In this document: in pieces, positions 26,290 through 37,689 of the stretch | Layout: the number at the start of each line of letters is the position of its first letter | How positions within the stretch are numbered: the first letter of the stretch is position 1 | Assembly (NCBI GenBank): GCA_013265495.1 | Contig: MU058844.1 | Location: 6,633,260 to 6,697,259, forward strand | Origin: Vicugna vicugna | Taxonomy: Eukaryota | DNA length: 64,000 nucleotides | Direction of reading: 5' to 3' | Notes under the pieces: model-generated | What the model was told of the DNA's origin: nothing | What the model saw: the letters and a program-made list of their open reading frames with translations, nothing else | The model's database searches: none | Made by a program: the position numbers and the translations under genes

Positions 26290-28060
26290 AACTGGTGCCC
26301 ATCCTTTCGGTTGCGTAGGTTGTGGGAGGACAGGATGGCAGGGAGAATTTGTTTAGTTTGCTTGGGAGCCGGCTTCCCCAAGTCCATCCCGCCCCCGGCC
26401 TGGAGCGCTGGGAGGATAGATGCTGCGAGGCCGCCGCAGCGGCCTCTGCGTCAAGGGGCGGTGGGGCGGGGAGGTGCGGCGCCCAGCCGGGCGACCTGGC
26501 TCGCGTCCCCGCGCCGCCAGCAGCCTCCGCCTCTCCCCCGCAGCCTGCCGGCCGCCGCAGCTCGGGCGGGCCGGGCACGTGGGTGCCTCCGTCACACCCT
26601 CACTCACACACTCACACACACCCGCGCGCACGCACCGCGCGCCTGCATCTCGTGCTCTTTCTCTGGCGGACACACAGGCGCTCACGAGTCGCTCAGTGCC
26701 AGCCCCCAGGGCAGCGACCCCCACCACCCAGTCCCGGGGCCCGCCCTTGGCTAGCTGCTGCCTCTCTCCAGACGCCTCCTTTGCGGCCTGGGTCACAGCC
26801 ACCTGGACCCAACCCTTCGACCACTGCTGCTACAGTCGGGACGTGGAAACAGCCAGAGGCGCCCGACCAACACACACTGACGGTAAGGACACCCTCCTAC
26901 CGCTAAGGGCACGGCTTAGGTGGAGTGGGGCTCACCGTTGGGCACCCTGGAGCCTGGGGACCTGGGAAGGGAGCGGAATTGATGGATGGGTCCAGGGAAG
27001 GACTCAGGCTGTGTCCGGGGGTGAAGGGAGCACCTTCCAAAGCCCTGGATGGGAGAAGCTGGACTAGGCGGGCGACCCTCCCGGCTCCTCGTCCTGCACC
27101 TGTACACAGTCGGAGGGAGGGGGTGCGAGAGGCGGCGTGTAACGGGAAGCACATGGGTCGAAACGTGCCGCCATCCTTCCTTCTCGTCGTGAAAACTGCC
27201 CACAGCAACCCCGAGAGACCAGTCCTTTCCCAGTCAAGTCAGGTTGGCTGAAGGGTGGGGTCTGACCAGGGCAAATCAGAAAGTTGGGAGGGTCGGGACG
27301 GAGCGAGGCGCTTCGGAGGTTCTAGGTGAGTTAGAAGCCGATCCTCGTGCGGGTGGGCGGTGGGGCGGGGAGAGGAGCCAACCTCATTCCTCATTCGCTT
27401 CTGGTTGCTTTTGCAACTGCTTAAGGAGACTACCGAAGGCGGTGTGTTTTCACGTGACCCCAGTTCCCTTTTGCCTGAGGCATCCTGCGATAAATGGTCC
27501 TAAAGTGGGCCATTCTCCCGCACAAGGCACGTGGCTCCGGAAGAAAGCACAGCTTGTGTGTTCCTGCGCACCCAGGAATTTGAGAGTGTGGCGGTGAGGG
27601 TGCTGGTGCTGGGATTTCAAGGAGGATGGTAGGAATTAGAAACCCAGACCTTCTACGTTTCGTTAACTCTACCGTCTATGCGCGGCCTGGGCAGAGGACG
27701 GTTTTGAGAATAGGATAGACTTTAAGTCGTAAGGCGCAGACATACCAGCCTTGTAAACATGAATGGATCAAAAACGCCCGAGCCGTCCCGGGGACAGGTA
27801 TGACCCTGCCGGGCGCAGAGGCCGCAGGGGCGGGAATTCTTTTCCGTTAGGCAGAGAAGCGGAGTTTGCCGCGCGTTCGCGGAGAGCTCGCGCTCCGTGG
27901 TGCCGAGCTCTCCTCTCCCCCTTCCATTCTCTTCCCTCGCAGGGAAATAGTGGAGTAAGACGGGGCGGGGTCCGCACTCGGGCGTGGTGACGTCAGCAGT
28001 GTTTGGGTGCTTATGCAAATGAGACTGCGACCGTTTCTCCCAGTTGGGCCGTTTCCCTCC
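26290..28060. promoter_or_regulatory. SLC6A15: CpG island / promoter region of SLC6A15
   Basis: Abrupt GC- and CpG-rich block in an AT-rich background. It carries GC boxes (GGGGCGGGG ~26463, 27362, 27962) and lies upstream of the coding exons on the same strand. Confidence 0.9.
26590..26882 (+). other. SLC6A15: Non-coding exon 1 (5' UTR) of SLC6A15; start approximate
   Basis: ATG-free stretch downstream of the GC boxes ending in the donor ACG|GTAAGG at 26882/26883. The TSS cannot be fixed from sequence. Confidence 0.65.
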
Positions 28061-28662
28061 AGGTCTTAAAGGTAGATCTAGTCTTAGTGTGCACCGTTTG
28101 TTTGGTTTCCTGCCCAGAAACACCGGAGGACTGAAGGGTTTACGTACTGTGCTGCATTTGGGCTCCTCATCGTCCAGTTTTTAAAGCTGTTCTATACCTG
28201 TCCTTTCCTGGTTGCTTTCCCGGACCACAAGGAACAATGTGTTTGCTTTAGGAAATATTCTCTGACAAACAACCCCATGGAGAGCTTGTTACCCCACCCA
28301 GTCTCATTTTTGCAAGAACGGCTCTGAGATACACACTTGCTTTTATCTTCCATACCCAGTATTGGGTTTGACAGTAGTAGGTATTTAATACTTGATTGTG
28401 AACCAAAGCGTGTGTGTATTTATCTCATTAAATTCATAGTATTCAACCATCAGAATCGCCTGTTTTATTTTTTCTATCTAAAAATGTGTTTTTTCTATCT
28501 ACATGACCAATGATCCATGTATATCTGTTAGAATGAAATACATTACCAGTATATTATTGAATTCATTGGCCATTTTCCCCTAAGTGACACATTCAGTGTG
28601 TCCTCCCTCTATATGTAACTCAAGATTCCATATATTAATGGCATTAAGAAAGGTATTTATAC

Positions 28663-28831
28663 ATACTTACCTGGCAGGGGAGACACCATGATCACGAAGG
28701 TGGTTTTCCCAGGGCGAGGCTCATCCATTGCACTCTGGATGTGCTGACCCCTGCGATTCCTCCAAATGTGGGAAACTCTACTGCATAATTTGTGGTAGTG
28801 GGGGGGAGGACTGCGTTTGCACTTTCCCCTG
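28663..28831 (+). pseudogene. Processed (retroposed) full-length U1 snRNA pseudogene
   Basis: Runs from ATACTTACCTGGCAGGGG through the Sm site AATTTGTGG to TTTCCCCTG, followed by an A-rich tail. Flanked by TSD AAGAAAGGTAT(T/C)TATAC at 28646-28662 and 28850-28866. Confidence 0.95.
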
Positions 28832-28918
28832 TTTAAAAAAAGAAGAAAAAAGAAAGGTATCTATACGTATTTTTAGGAAGAAATGCTGTGTCATCCAATT
28901 AAAGTAAATAACAAATAC

Positions 28919-29243
28919 TATCTGAATCCAGTTCAGGCTGCTGTAACAAATGACCATAAACCAGGTGTCTTATAAACAACAGAAATTTATTTCTCACATT
29001 CTGGAGGCTGGTACAAGATTAAGGTGCCAGCAGACTCCTTGTCTGGTGAGGGCCTCCTTGCTGGTTCAGGGAGGGTGCCTTCTCACTGTGTTCTCACAAG
29101 GTGGAAGGGGCTAGTTAGCTCTCCAGGGTCTCTTACTAACCCCTAAAGACTTCACCTCAAGGTAATACACAATCACCTTGGGGTTAGAATTTCAACGTAT
29201 GAATATGGGATGAAAGGAGGATACAAACATTCAAACCACAGCA
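28919..29243 (-). mobile_element. MLT1A-like MaLR solo LTR
   Basis: gttcaggctgctgtaacaaa.accataaac...tataaacaacagaaatttatttctcac..tctggaggctgg...acaaacattcaaaccacagca; 5-bp TSD AATAC/AATAG. Confidence 0.85.
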
Positions 29244-30089
29244 AATAGTAAAGAATTTATAAAGATAATAGTTATTTGAGATACCAATAATCAGATGAGA
29301 TGCCTTAGTTGTCAGTTATTGAAAATTTTAAATAACTTAGAATAATTCCTAAAACCTAAGCTCTATAATCATTAATTTACCCAGTGATCACAGTTCAAAT
29401 TTTACTGTGTGCATGTTAGAAAATAGGCTTATCCTGTCATAAAATAAAACTTTTATTTGAATTGGTAAGAAATTTGCATTCTTGTGAACTCTGGGGTTAT
29501 CATTCAGGTAATTAAAAGATTATCAACTTGGAATGATAGATCTGAAAGAGAGTGTTGTGATCAAAATCTCTGAAAAATTTTACTTCTCAATTTACTTCTT
29601 TTGGAGAGTGTTTTAACCCCTTTAGTACTATATATGTACGCATGATTGACTATGTTAATATATTCCTATGCAGAGTCGATTTTAAAATAGTTTCTGAGCA
29701 GATGGCATTATCAACAAAAATCCTTGGGTGTAGTCTGATGCGTGAAATCATTCAGGGTTACATGGCAGGATCTTTAGATTTATTTCCAGTTTGCACTATA
29801 ACTTAACTCCTAACTACTCTTCTGGATGTATTGAGTAAATAATTTTTAATAAACACATTTATCTGCTTATACATTAACTTTGACCAGTAATGATTATCTC
29901 ATATTTCTCCATGAACAGTAAGCCCTAGAGACTGAGCTGCAGGGTAGTTTTAAGTGCATAGTATCATTTAATATAGAGCTATTTTCAGTCTTGAAGTTCA
30001 GTTTGTTTCCTAATGATTAAGGTGCTAAGGTAACCTTTCACATAAGATAGATTGTTATCTTTTAATAGAATGCTTAAGCTGGGAGCTTT

Positions 30090-30720
30090 TTTACCTCTCA
30101 GATTGGCAAAGATCAAAAAGATTACTCACTGTATTGAAGAAGGCTGAGGGAAGCAGGCACTCTCATGCTTTGCTCGTGGTAGTGCAAATTTAGATAACCT
30201 TTATAAAGGGCCATTTGCCAATATTTACCAAAATTATGAAAGCGTGTACCCTTTGATCAAACAACTCCACTTCTAGGAATTTATTCTACAGATATACAAA
30301 TTTCAGGTATACAAACTTAGTTGCTTGAACATTGATGCAAATTATCAGAAATGGCCAATCTATGATATATTCATACCATGCACTATCATACAATCATTAA
30401 AAAATAAGCTATTGTATTGAGAGCAAAGTTTTTGAAGGCTTTTAAAGTGAAAACCAAGATGCAGAATTATGTATAGTATATAGTTACAGTTGTGTAAAAA
30501 GAACAAAGTTGGGTAGGGGGGAGAAAACACATATTAGCCTGAATATACATCCTAGTTTGAATATATATCAAATTTCTGTTGAGGACTTCGGTGACTTACA
30601 GAGAGGTAGGGGTGGGACTAGATATGCTGGGGAGAAAGGGTAGGAAGATATATTTCACTCTATGCCCACCATATTACTGTATTATTTGTTCTAAAGTAGA
30701 TTTAAACATATTCTAAAGTG
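30090..30720 (+). mobile_element. Old L1ME 3' fragment
   Basis: cagattggcaaagatcaaaaag...ggaagcaggcactctcat...accctttgatcaaacaactccacttctaggaatttatt. Confidence 0.75.
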
Positions 30721-30959
30721 AAAACAATAGCAAATAAACAGCTCTGGGAGAACAGTATCCAGGCATCAGATGCTGTCAAATGAGTAAAGTATAAAAGTCA
30801 ATGGGTGTTTTGTCTCCATGATTTTTGTAGTTTCTGAATTTATAGGAAAGTTTCCTCTTTTAGCATTCTTAGTGATAAAATTATATTAGAGCAGCAGATA
30901 AGATTTAGTTGATTCACTAAAACATGCATAAAATGTATAGTTTAGTGAACTGACTGAGG

Positions 30960-31850
30960 TTTTTAAAAAAAATTATTTTAAGATGGTTATAGATTCACAT
31001 TTTAGTTGTTAAGAAATAATTATATAAGATAATACGTAGTTAAAAGAAACAGAGAGTTCTTTTGTGCCCTTTACAGTTTCCTGAAAATGTAACATCTTGC
31101 AAGACTATACAACATAATCAGAATATTGACATTGATAAAGCAAAGTTACAAGACAGTTCCATCACTGTAACAGTCCCTGTGTTGCCCTTTCATAAACACA
31201 ACCACTTCACTTCTTCCCTCATCCTCTCCTTAACTCATAATAACCACTAACCTGTTATTCATGTTTGTTGTTTTCTTTCCAAAAATGTTACATAAGTAGA
31301 ATCATATAATATGCAACCTTTCAGAATTGGCTTTTCCCACTCAGCATAATTGTCTGTAGATTCACCTAAGTTGTTGTGTTAGTAGTTTGTTTTTATTTCT
31401 GACTAGTACTCCATGATGTGGTTTTACCAGAGTTAGTTTAACCATTTACCCATTAAAATGGCATCTGGGTTGTTTCTGGTTTAGGGTTATTACGAATAAA
31501 GCTATTGTAGACACTTGTTTACAAGTTTTATGGAACATAAGTTTTCATTTCTCTAGGATAAACAGCCAAGAGTTCAATTGTTGGGTTAAATAGTTGCATG
31601 CTTTGTTTTCTAGAGAGCTGTACCATTTTACATTCTCACCAGCAATGTATGAATAATCCAGGTTCTCTGTATCAGAATCTGGTTGTCCTTATATTTTGGC
31701 CATTTTGATAAGTATGTAGTGACATCTCGTAGTTCTCGTTAGAATTTCCTAATGCCTAATAATATCAAACCTCATTTCATGTGCTCATTTGCCATCCAGA
31801 TACCATGTTCAGTGAAATATCCCTTTATGGCCTTTGTCCATTTGCTGAAT
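30960..31850 (-). mobile_element. Old L1MC/MD 3' fragment, antisense
   Basis: ttggcttttcccactcagcataatt...ctgtaccattttacattctcaccagcaatgtatga. Confidence 0.8.
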
Positions 31851-31854
31851 TATT

Positions 31855-32095
31855 TCTGAAGTGGCTACAAGTGAAGGGATGCTGGCAGCCCCAGAAGCTA
31901 AAAGAAGAAAGAACAAACTCCCCCCACAACCCGAGTCTCCCAAGGGAGTGCAGACCTGCCAACACCTTGATTTTGGTTCATTGAAACTGATTTTGAATCT
32001 CTGATTTCCAGAGCTTTGAAAGAATACATTTCTATGGTTTCAAGCCACTACATTTGAAATAATTTGTTGCAGCAGCCTCAGGAAATGAATACAGT
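31855..32095 (+). mobile_element. MLT1C/D-like LTR 3' portion
   Basis: cctgccaacaccttgattttgg...tccagagctttgaaagaatacatttctatggtttcaagccact...aatttgttgcagcagcc.caggaaa..aataca. Confidence 0.8.
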
Positions 32096-32269
32096 GCCTA
32101 AATCTGAGTTGTTCTCAAGATGTTAATAAAATTTTGTGTTTAAAAAAAAACTTTATGTATTTAAAAAAAATTAAAAGACTTTTTGAAAGACTTAAGTAAG
32201 GTTTAAAATCTGTCCTTGGTTCATAGAAGTTAACAAAAAAAATACATTTCAACTTATGGGAATTACTTT

Positions 32270-33085
32270 ATAATCACAACTAACTTTGAAATAATTTCAA
32301 GCACACTGGAAAGTGCAAAGGGAGCTCACCTAGCCTCCCCTGTTTACAGTCTGGTATAAAGTACAGAACATTATCAAAACCAGCATATCGTTACGCGTAT
32401 AATCCATAAAGCTTTCCCAGATTCTGCAGTCATTTTTTCTGCATGTTAGTTCTTTGCAATTTTATCTCATGTATAGCCTCATGTACCCTTCGTCATAATG
32501 AAGACACTAAAGGGTACCATCTCACAGAGTTCCCTTGTGCTCCCCTTTTACAGCACACCCACCTGTCCTTCCCTTCCCTAACTCCTAGCAACCACTGTTC
32601 TGTGGTTCATCTCTGTCACTATGTTATTTCACATATGTAATATGAATGGAATTATGAAATATGTATCCTTTTTGAGTTGCGCCCCCCCATTCAGCATTAT
32701 TTCCTTCAAGTCCATCCAGGTTGTTATATGCATCAGTGGTTCTTTCCTTTTTATTGCTGATATGGCATCATATGGATGTACTCCGGTCTGTTTAACCATT
32801 CATCCACTAAAGGATATTTAGGGAATTTACAGTTTGGGGCTATTATGAGTAAAGCTTATATGAACATTTTTGTACAAGTTTCTGCTTGAAAATAAGTTTC
32901 TATTTCTTTGGGATACATGCCTAAGTGTGCAAAAAGGAACTGCCAACTACTTTTTAGAGTGGCTTTTATTATCTTACATTTTTATCAGCAATATATGATT
33001 AATCTAGTTTCTTCACATCCTCACCAACTTTCAGTGTCATCATTTATTTACTTATTTTATTCTAGCCATTCTGATAGATGTGTTA
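32270..33085 (-). mobile_element. Old L1M 3' fragment, antisense
   Basis: tccatccaggttgtt.tatgcatcagtggttctttccttttattgctga...ttctagccattctgatag. Confidence 0.75.
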
Positions 33086-33859
33086 CAGCCCACCTTTTTG
33101 GGCAAAACATTACAGACTGTACATTGTGACCTTGTATTATCGTTTATAAAAATGTCCTCCTTTTGATTAACTCTAATTTTTGTTATCATTTTTGCCTAAT
33201 GCAAATATTTTATGTAAAAGGGGATTTTATTTGCAAAATAAATGCTTAAGATGAATCCTGTATTGTTAAAAATGTTTGTATTATTTGTCAAAATCATTAT
33301 TTCATTATGTTTTCAAATCTTGCCTTGTTCCTTTTGCAATTATTTCATAACTACGAACTTCTCAACATGTGCCACTTTTTTCTTGGGTGTTGCATTATGT
33401 TTCAGCGTTTTGTTTTTATTCAAATAGTCTTTACTTTTTACTTTATATATTAGAATATGAAAAATGTATTTCATTTGAATTTATAATGAATTTCATATTC
33501 AATGTTCAGAATTGGTTCATATTTAAAGAAAACTTTTTTCAGTAAAACTTGAACTTGTCCAAGTCAGGAAGATAAACTACTGTTGTTCTAGGTCTATATT
33601 ATAGAATATTAAGATTGCCAATAACTAGCCAGTGCAGGCATTATCTGTTTGAGTTATCTCTCATATCTAAGACGCAAGTGCTTGCCTGCTATTTTAGGCT
33701 TCTGCATACTTTCATTGGAAATGTTAGTTAATATCTAATAGAACATAAATTTAAAAGCTGTTGTAACAATAGTTTAGTATTTAAAAAGTCTTGAAAGACG
33801 GAGTAAGAATTGCATTAATTCTATAGTGAATTATTTCTATTTTGAGTTAATTTTGTAGT

Positions 33860-35100
33860 GAAATTTTTAGCAAGACTAATCAATACAAAAGCAGAGAAAA
33901 CACCTATTACCGATGTCACAGATAAAAAATGAGATAGGACTACAAATCCTATAGATAATAAAAAATACTAAGGAATATTATGAATCACTTCATGCCAGTA
34001 AATTTGACAATTCAGATGAAGTAAATTCCTCAAAAAACACAACTTACAAAACTAACACAGCAAGAAAAAGAAAGCCTAAGTAGCTATCTATCAATAAAAT
34101 AAATGGACGTTTAAATTTAAAATATTTCAAAAAAAGAAAACTCGAGGCCAAGATGGCTTCATGGGTGAGTGCTGCCGAACATTTAAGGAAGAAATAAAAC
34201 TACATATATTCTCTCAGAAAATAAAGGAGAGACCATTTCAAAACTGTTCACAAGTCCACCAAAAACAGAGAGGTAAAATACAAGGAAAAAAAATGACAGA
34301 TTCACATTCTCATGAATATGGTTGAAAAAAAATTCTTACCAAAATATTAGCAAATTAATTTCAGTGATATATTAAGAAGGTAATACATCTAGACTAAGTG
34401 GAGTTTATCCCGTAATGAAAGATACAAAACCAATCAATGTAATACTCTATATTAATAGATTAAGAAGTTATATGATTATCTTAATAAAATCAGGAAAATT
34501 ACGTGACAAAATTCATTATTCATGATTCAAAAAAAAATACTGAACTGGAAATAAGAATCTTTTCTAAACTGATAAAAGGCATCTATGAAAAAATTCATAA
34601 TTAACATTGTAAAGTATGAGTACTTTCACACTAACATTGGGACATAGATGAAGAAGTCTACTCTTAGTATTTCTGTTCAGAATTTTGGTGGATTTCCCAG
34701 CCAGTACAATAAATCAAGAAAAAATTAAATGTAAACAATTAGAGAGTTAAGCTGTATTTACCAATGACGTATTTATAAAAATTCTAAGGGATCTTTAAGA
34801 AAAAAACAACTTGATTTAGTATTGTTGCAAGATAGAAAGCTTGTATTAAAAAATCAATTTTTTCTAGAGATAAATTAAAGCAGATACAAATAAATGGAAA
34901 GATTACCAAGTTCATAGACTGAAGAAACTCAATTTTTGAAAAATTCAACTTTTTTAAGATGTCAGTGCTACCCAAGTGGGTCTATTGAATGAGTGTAATC
35001 CCAATCAAAATCCCAACAAGCTGTTTTTTGGGGTAGAAATTGATAAGCTAATTTCAAAATTTATAGGGGAAGGCAATGAACCAATCTTAAAAAAGAGAAA
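33860..35100 (+). mobile_element. Old L1 ORF2 fragment
   Basis: gaatattatgaatcacttcatgccagtaaatttgacaa...ggccaagatggcttcatgggtgag...caatcaaaatcccaacaag. Confidence 0.8.
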
Positions 35101-35679
35101 AAACACATTAAACATGGTTAGGGTTTAGAACCACAAGTTAGAGATTTATTATGTTGATTTAAAAATGTTTTGAATCTAGTTTTAAGTGTTGAAGATAGAT
35201 TTTTTTTTCTGAAAAATTACCTATGGAGATATTTAAAGCAAAACAAAAATGAGAAAAATGTCAACAATTCCAAAAGTAAATAATGAAACATTTCCAACGT
35301 TTCCTCGTGTAAGTCCTTAAGCAGAATAGATAAATATGCAAAAGGTGCATAATAGGGTTCTTTGTCTGCAAGCTGCAGACTGATGCTGGCTAAGAGGGAA
35401 AAAAAGAAATATTGGCAGGGTCACAGGGGTTCAAAGAAACAATGGGGTGCTTGGCAATAAGATGGAAAAGGGCAAGGATGAAAACACTTCTGGAAACTAG
35501 GAACCAGGATCCATGACTACAGTAGTAGTTACAGCCTGGGCGTAACGCCTTTGGAATTGAATGAGATGCCAACTTTTTGATCTCTTTGTTCCTATCCTCA
35601 AGATTCAAAATCCAGGGAGGGGAAATCTAACTGGACAAATGGGAAAGATTATTTTCAAAGCTTGGGCAATATTTCTCTC

Positions 35680-36220
35680 TTCCCTCTACTCATTCCTTTT
35701 ACAATTTGACTTTATCACTCCTTCCATCAAAAAGAGGAGTTTTTCCATTCTGGAATCATCTGGGCTTAGCTGTGTAGCCAGTGAGACATCAGCAAATATG
35801 ACAAAAACAGGCTTTACTAGCACTTGGGTGTTGGGCTTACTCCTTTTGGCTAGAGTTGGTAGTCTGAGCTTATAATGTGAACAAGTTAAAACTCGCATTT
35901 TGGAGAGACTGCATGTGGAAGAACCGAAATGCTCCAGCTGATAGGCTGCCTCCTACCAGAAAGTGAGTGAGACCATCTTAGACCATCCTCCGGGACTTGA
36001 GTTGGCAGATGAGTGCAGGAGTGACCCAAGCCAAGACCTGCAAAACAACTGGTCATCTAAGCCTAGCTCCAATTGCTAACCCACAGAATCATGAGTAAAT
36101 TCAATTTTTGTTTAAGCTACTAAATTGAGATAATTGTTATGCAGCAATAGAAAACTGGTCTTAAAAAAAAAAAGGTGGTGTTAAAACAATGTCTGAAATA
36201 TGCAGCATTGGCTCTGGACT
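35680..36220 (+). mobile_element. MLT1-type LTR plus start of internal sequence
   Basis: ccattctggaatc.tctgggc...acccacagaatcatgag...ttgttatgcagcaatagaaaactg followed by ggtggtg..aaaac...tgaaatatg.agcattggct. Confidence 0.65.
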
Positions 36221-37100
36221 TAAATTATCCTTAATAGAGTAATACATGCCAAACCAGTTGTAATATACAACCATAAGAGAGACAATAATTATAATAATAA
36301 AAGAAACCATATCGAGTACTCTCAATGTGATGGCATTTAACCAAGCACTTTATTGTTAGATAACTAAGTAATTTAGCCAAGGTCATAAAACCATAAGTGA
36401 TAGAGTTAGGATTTGAACTCAGTCTGTCTCTAGAACCTGGATATAAATGTTTGGCACCAGTACGTTTCTTCTTAGTAAGAAATATTAATTCCTACGCGAT
36501 CCCATTAAAAGTGAATAAGAAAGATTATATGAAAACATGGAGGTTGGGGTCATTATACTTCTTTAGACTGAATATCATATTTAGAGAATATCCTAAATTG
36601 CTTTCTGCGAAGATGAGGACATTCTTATACCTTTATTTCTTTCTATCTCTTTCAATTTCTGATTTTGTTACGTTATTTTTGGGTTTTAATTTATATTTTT
36701 CCCCATCATAATTCTTACAGACTTTGAACCTTATTTCCTTGTTTAAATTAATATGCACTTCATGCACTTCCATCCTTTAACATGACTTCTCTGTTTCTGA
36801 GGTTTTTACTTTGTTTTCTCTTTTGGTTGGCTAAGTTTCATGATCACGTAGCCGGTCCCTCTTCCTTCCAGAAGGACTCATCAGATCTCTTATGGATGAG
36901 ACTATTTGCCTGGGGCATTTATAATTGGAACACAAAGTACCTGAGTATAAAAATTGGAGAGCAAGTATTTTTTCCCTTAGTTTTTATAGAGATTGTTGAA
37001 TATCCTGAGAAGTCTTTTTAGCTCCCCTTTCTACTTCTGCTTGAAATTCCTAGGAATTTTTATCCCAGTAATTTCTCAATGTTGACCCTTAGCTAACATG

Positions 37101-37101
<1 letters not shown>

Positions 37102-37143
<42 letters not shown>
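37102..37143. repeat. (ATT)14 microsatellite
   Basis: Read directly from the sequence. Confidence 0.95.
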
Positions 37144-37488
37144 TGAAAATACAAGTCTAAGCAACACTTCTGTTATTTTATCTTTTAGTATTTTGTGTTT
37201 TATTAATTCTATTATTTCCTGATATACATTCTACATTTATCTTTTCCTTATGTTTCTTCCCCTCTCAACTACTACCCCTCCATGTCCCTGTTTCTGTGTA
37301 AAACTCTTTGATTCTTAGTAACTAATCTCATAATAACTAGTGAATCATCTCCTCTTTGAATGGGGAGAGTTCTGTCTTGTCACACGGTGTGAAGAAGAAG
37401 TTAGTGTTGGATTAACTCCAATAAAATGGAGCATGGATTAAGTGCTCTGGGGCACTCTGCATCTTGAGTTCAGATTTAATCTCTGGAA

Positions 37489-37689
37489 CAGTGGTTGTCA
37501 CATTTTTTTTCTGTAGTATCAGTATATATTTTAGGTGTTACAATCCATAGTGTTTCTGCTGTTACAGCACAAAATTAGCCAAGGAACATATGTCAATATG
37601 AGGGCACGACCATGTTCCAATAACATTTAATTTACAAAATCAGTTGGTGGGTTGTATTGGACACGTGGGTAGTAGTTTGTTGACCCCTG
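37489..37689 (+). mobile_element. MER58A-like hAT DNA transposon
   Basis: TIRs CAGTGGTTG...TGACCCCTG; internal tgttccaataa.attta.tttacaaaa. Confidence 0.8.

Noticed and set aside
25998..28123. Many overlapping 100-215 aa ORFs on both strands
   Set aside because: Pro/Ala/Gly/Arg-rich with no recognisable domain; the expected result of stop-codon scarcity in a CpG island.
28013..28870. Functional U1 gene driven by the upstream octamer
   Set aside because: The octamer is ~650 nt upstream rather than ~220. No evident PSE or 3' box, and the TSD plus A-tail show retroposition.
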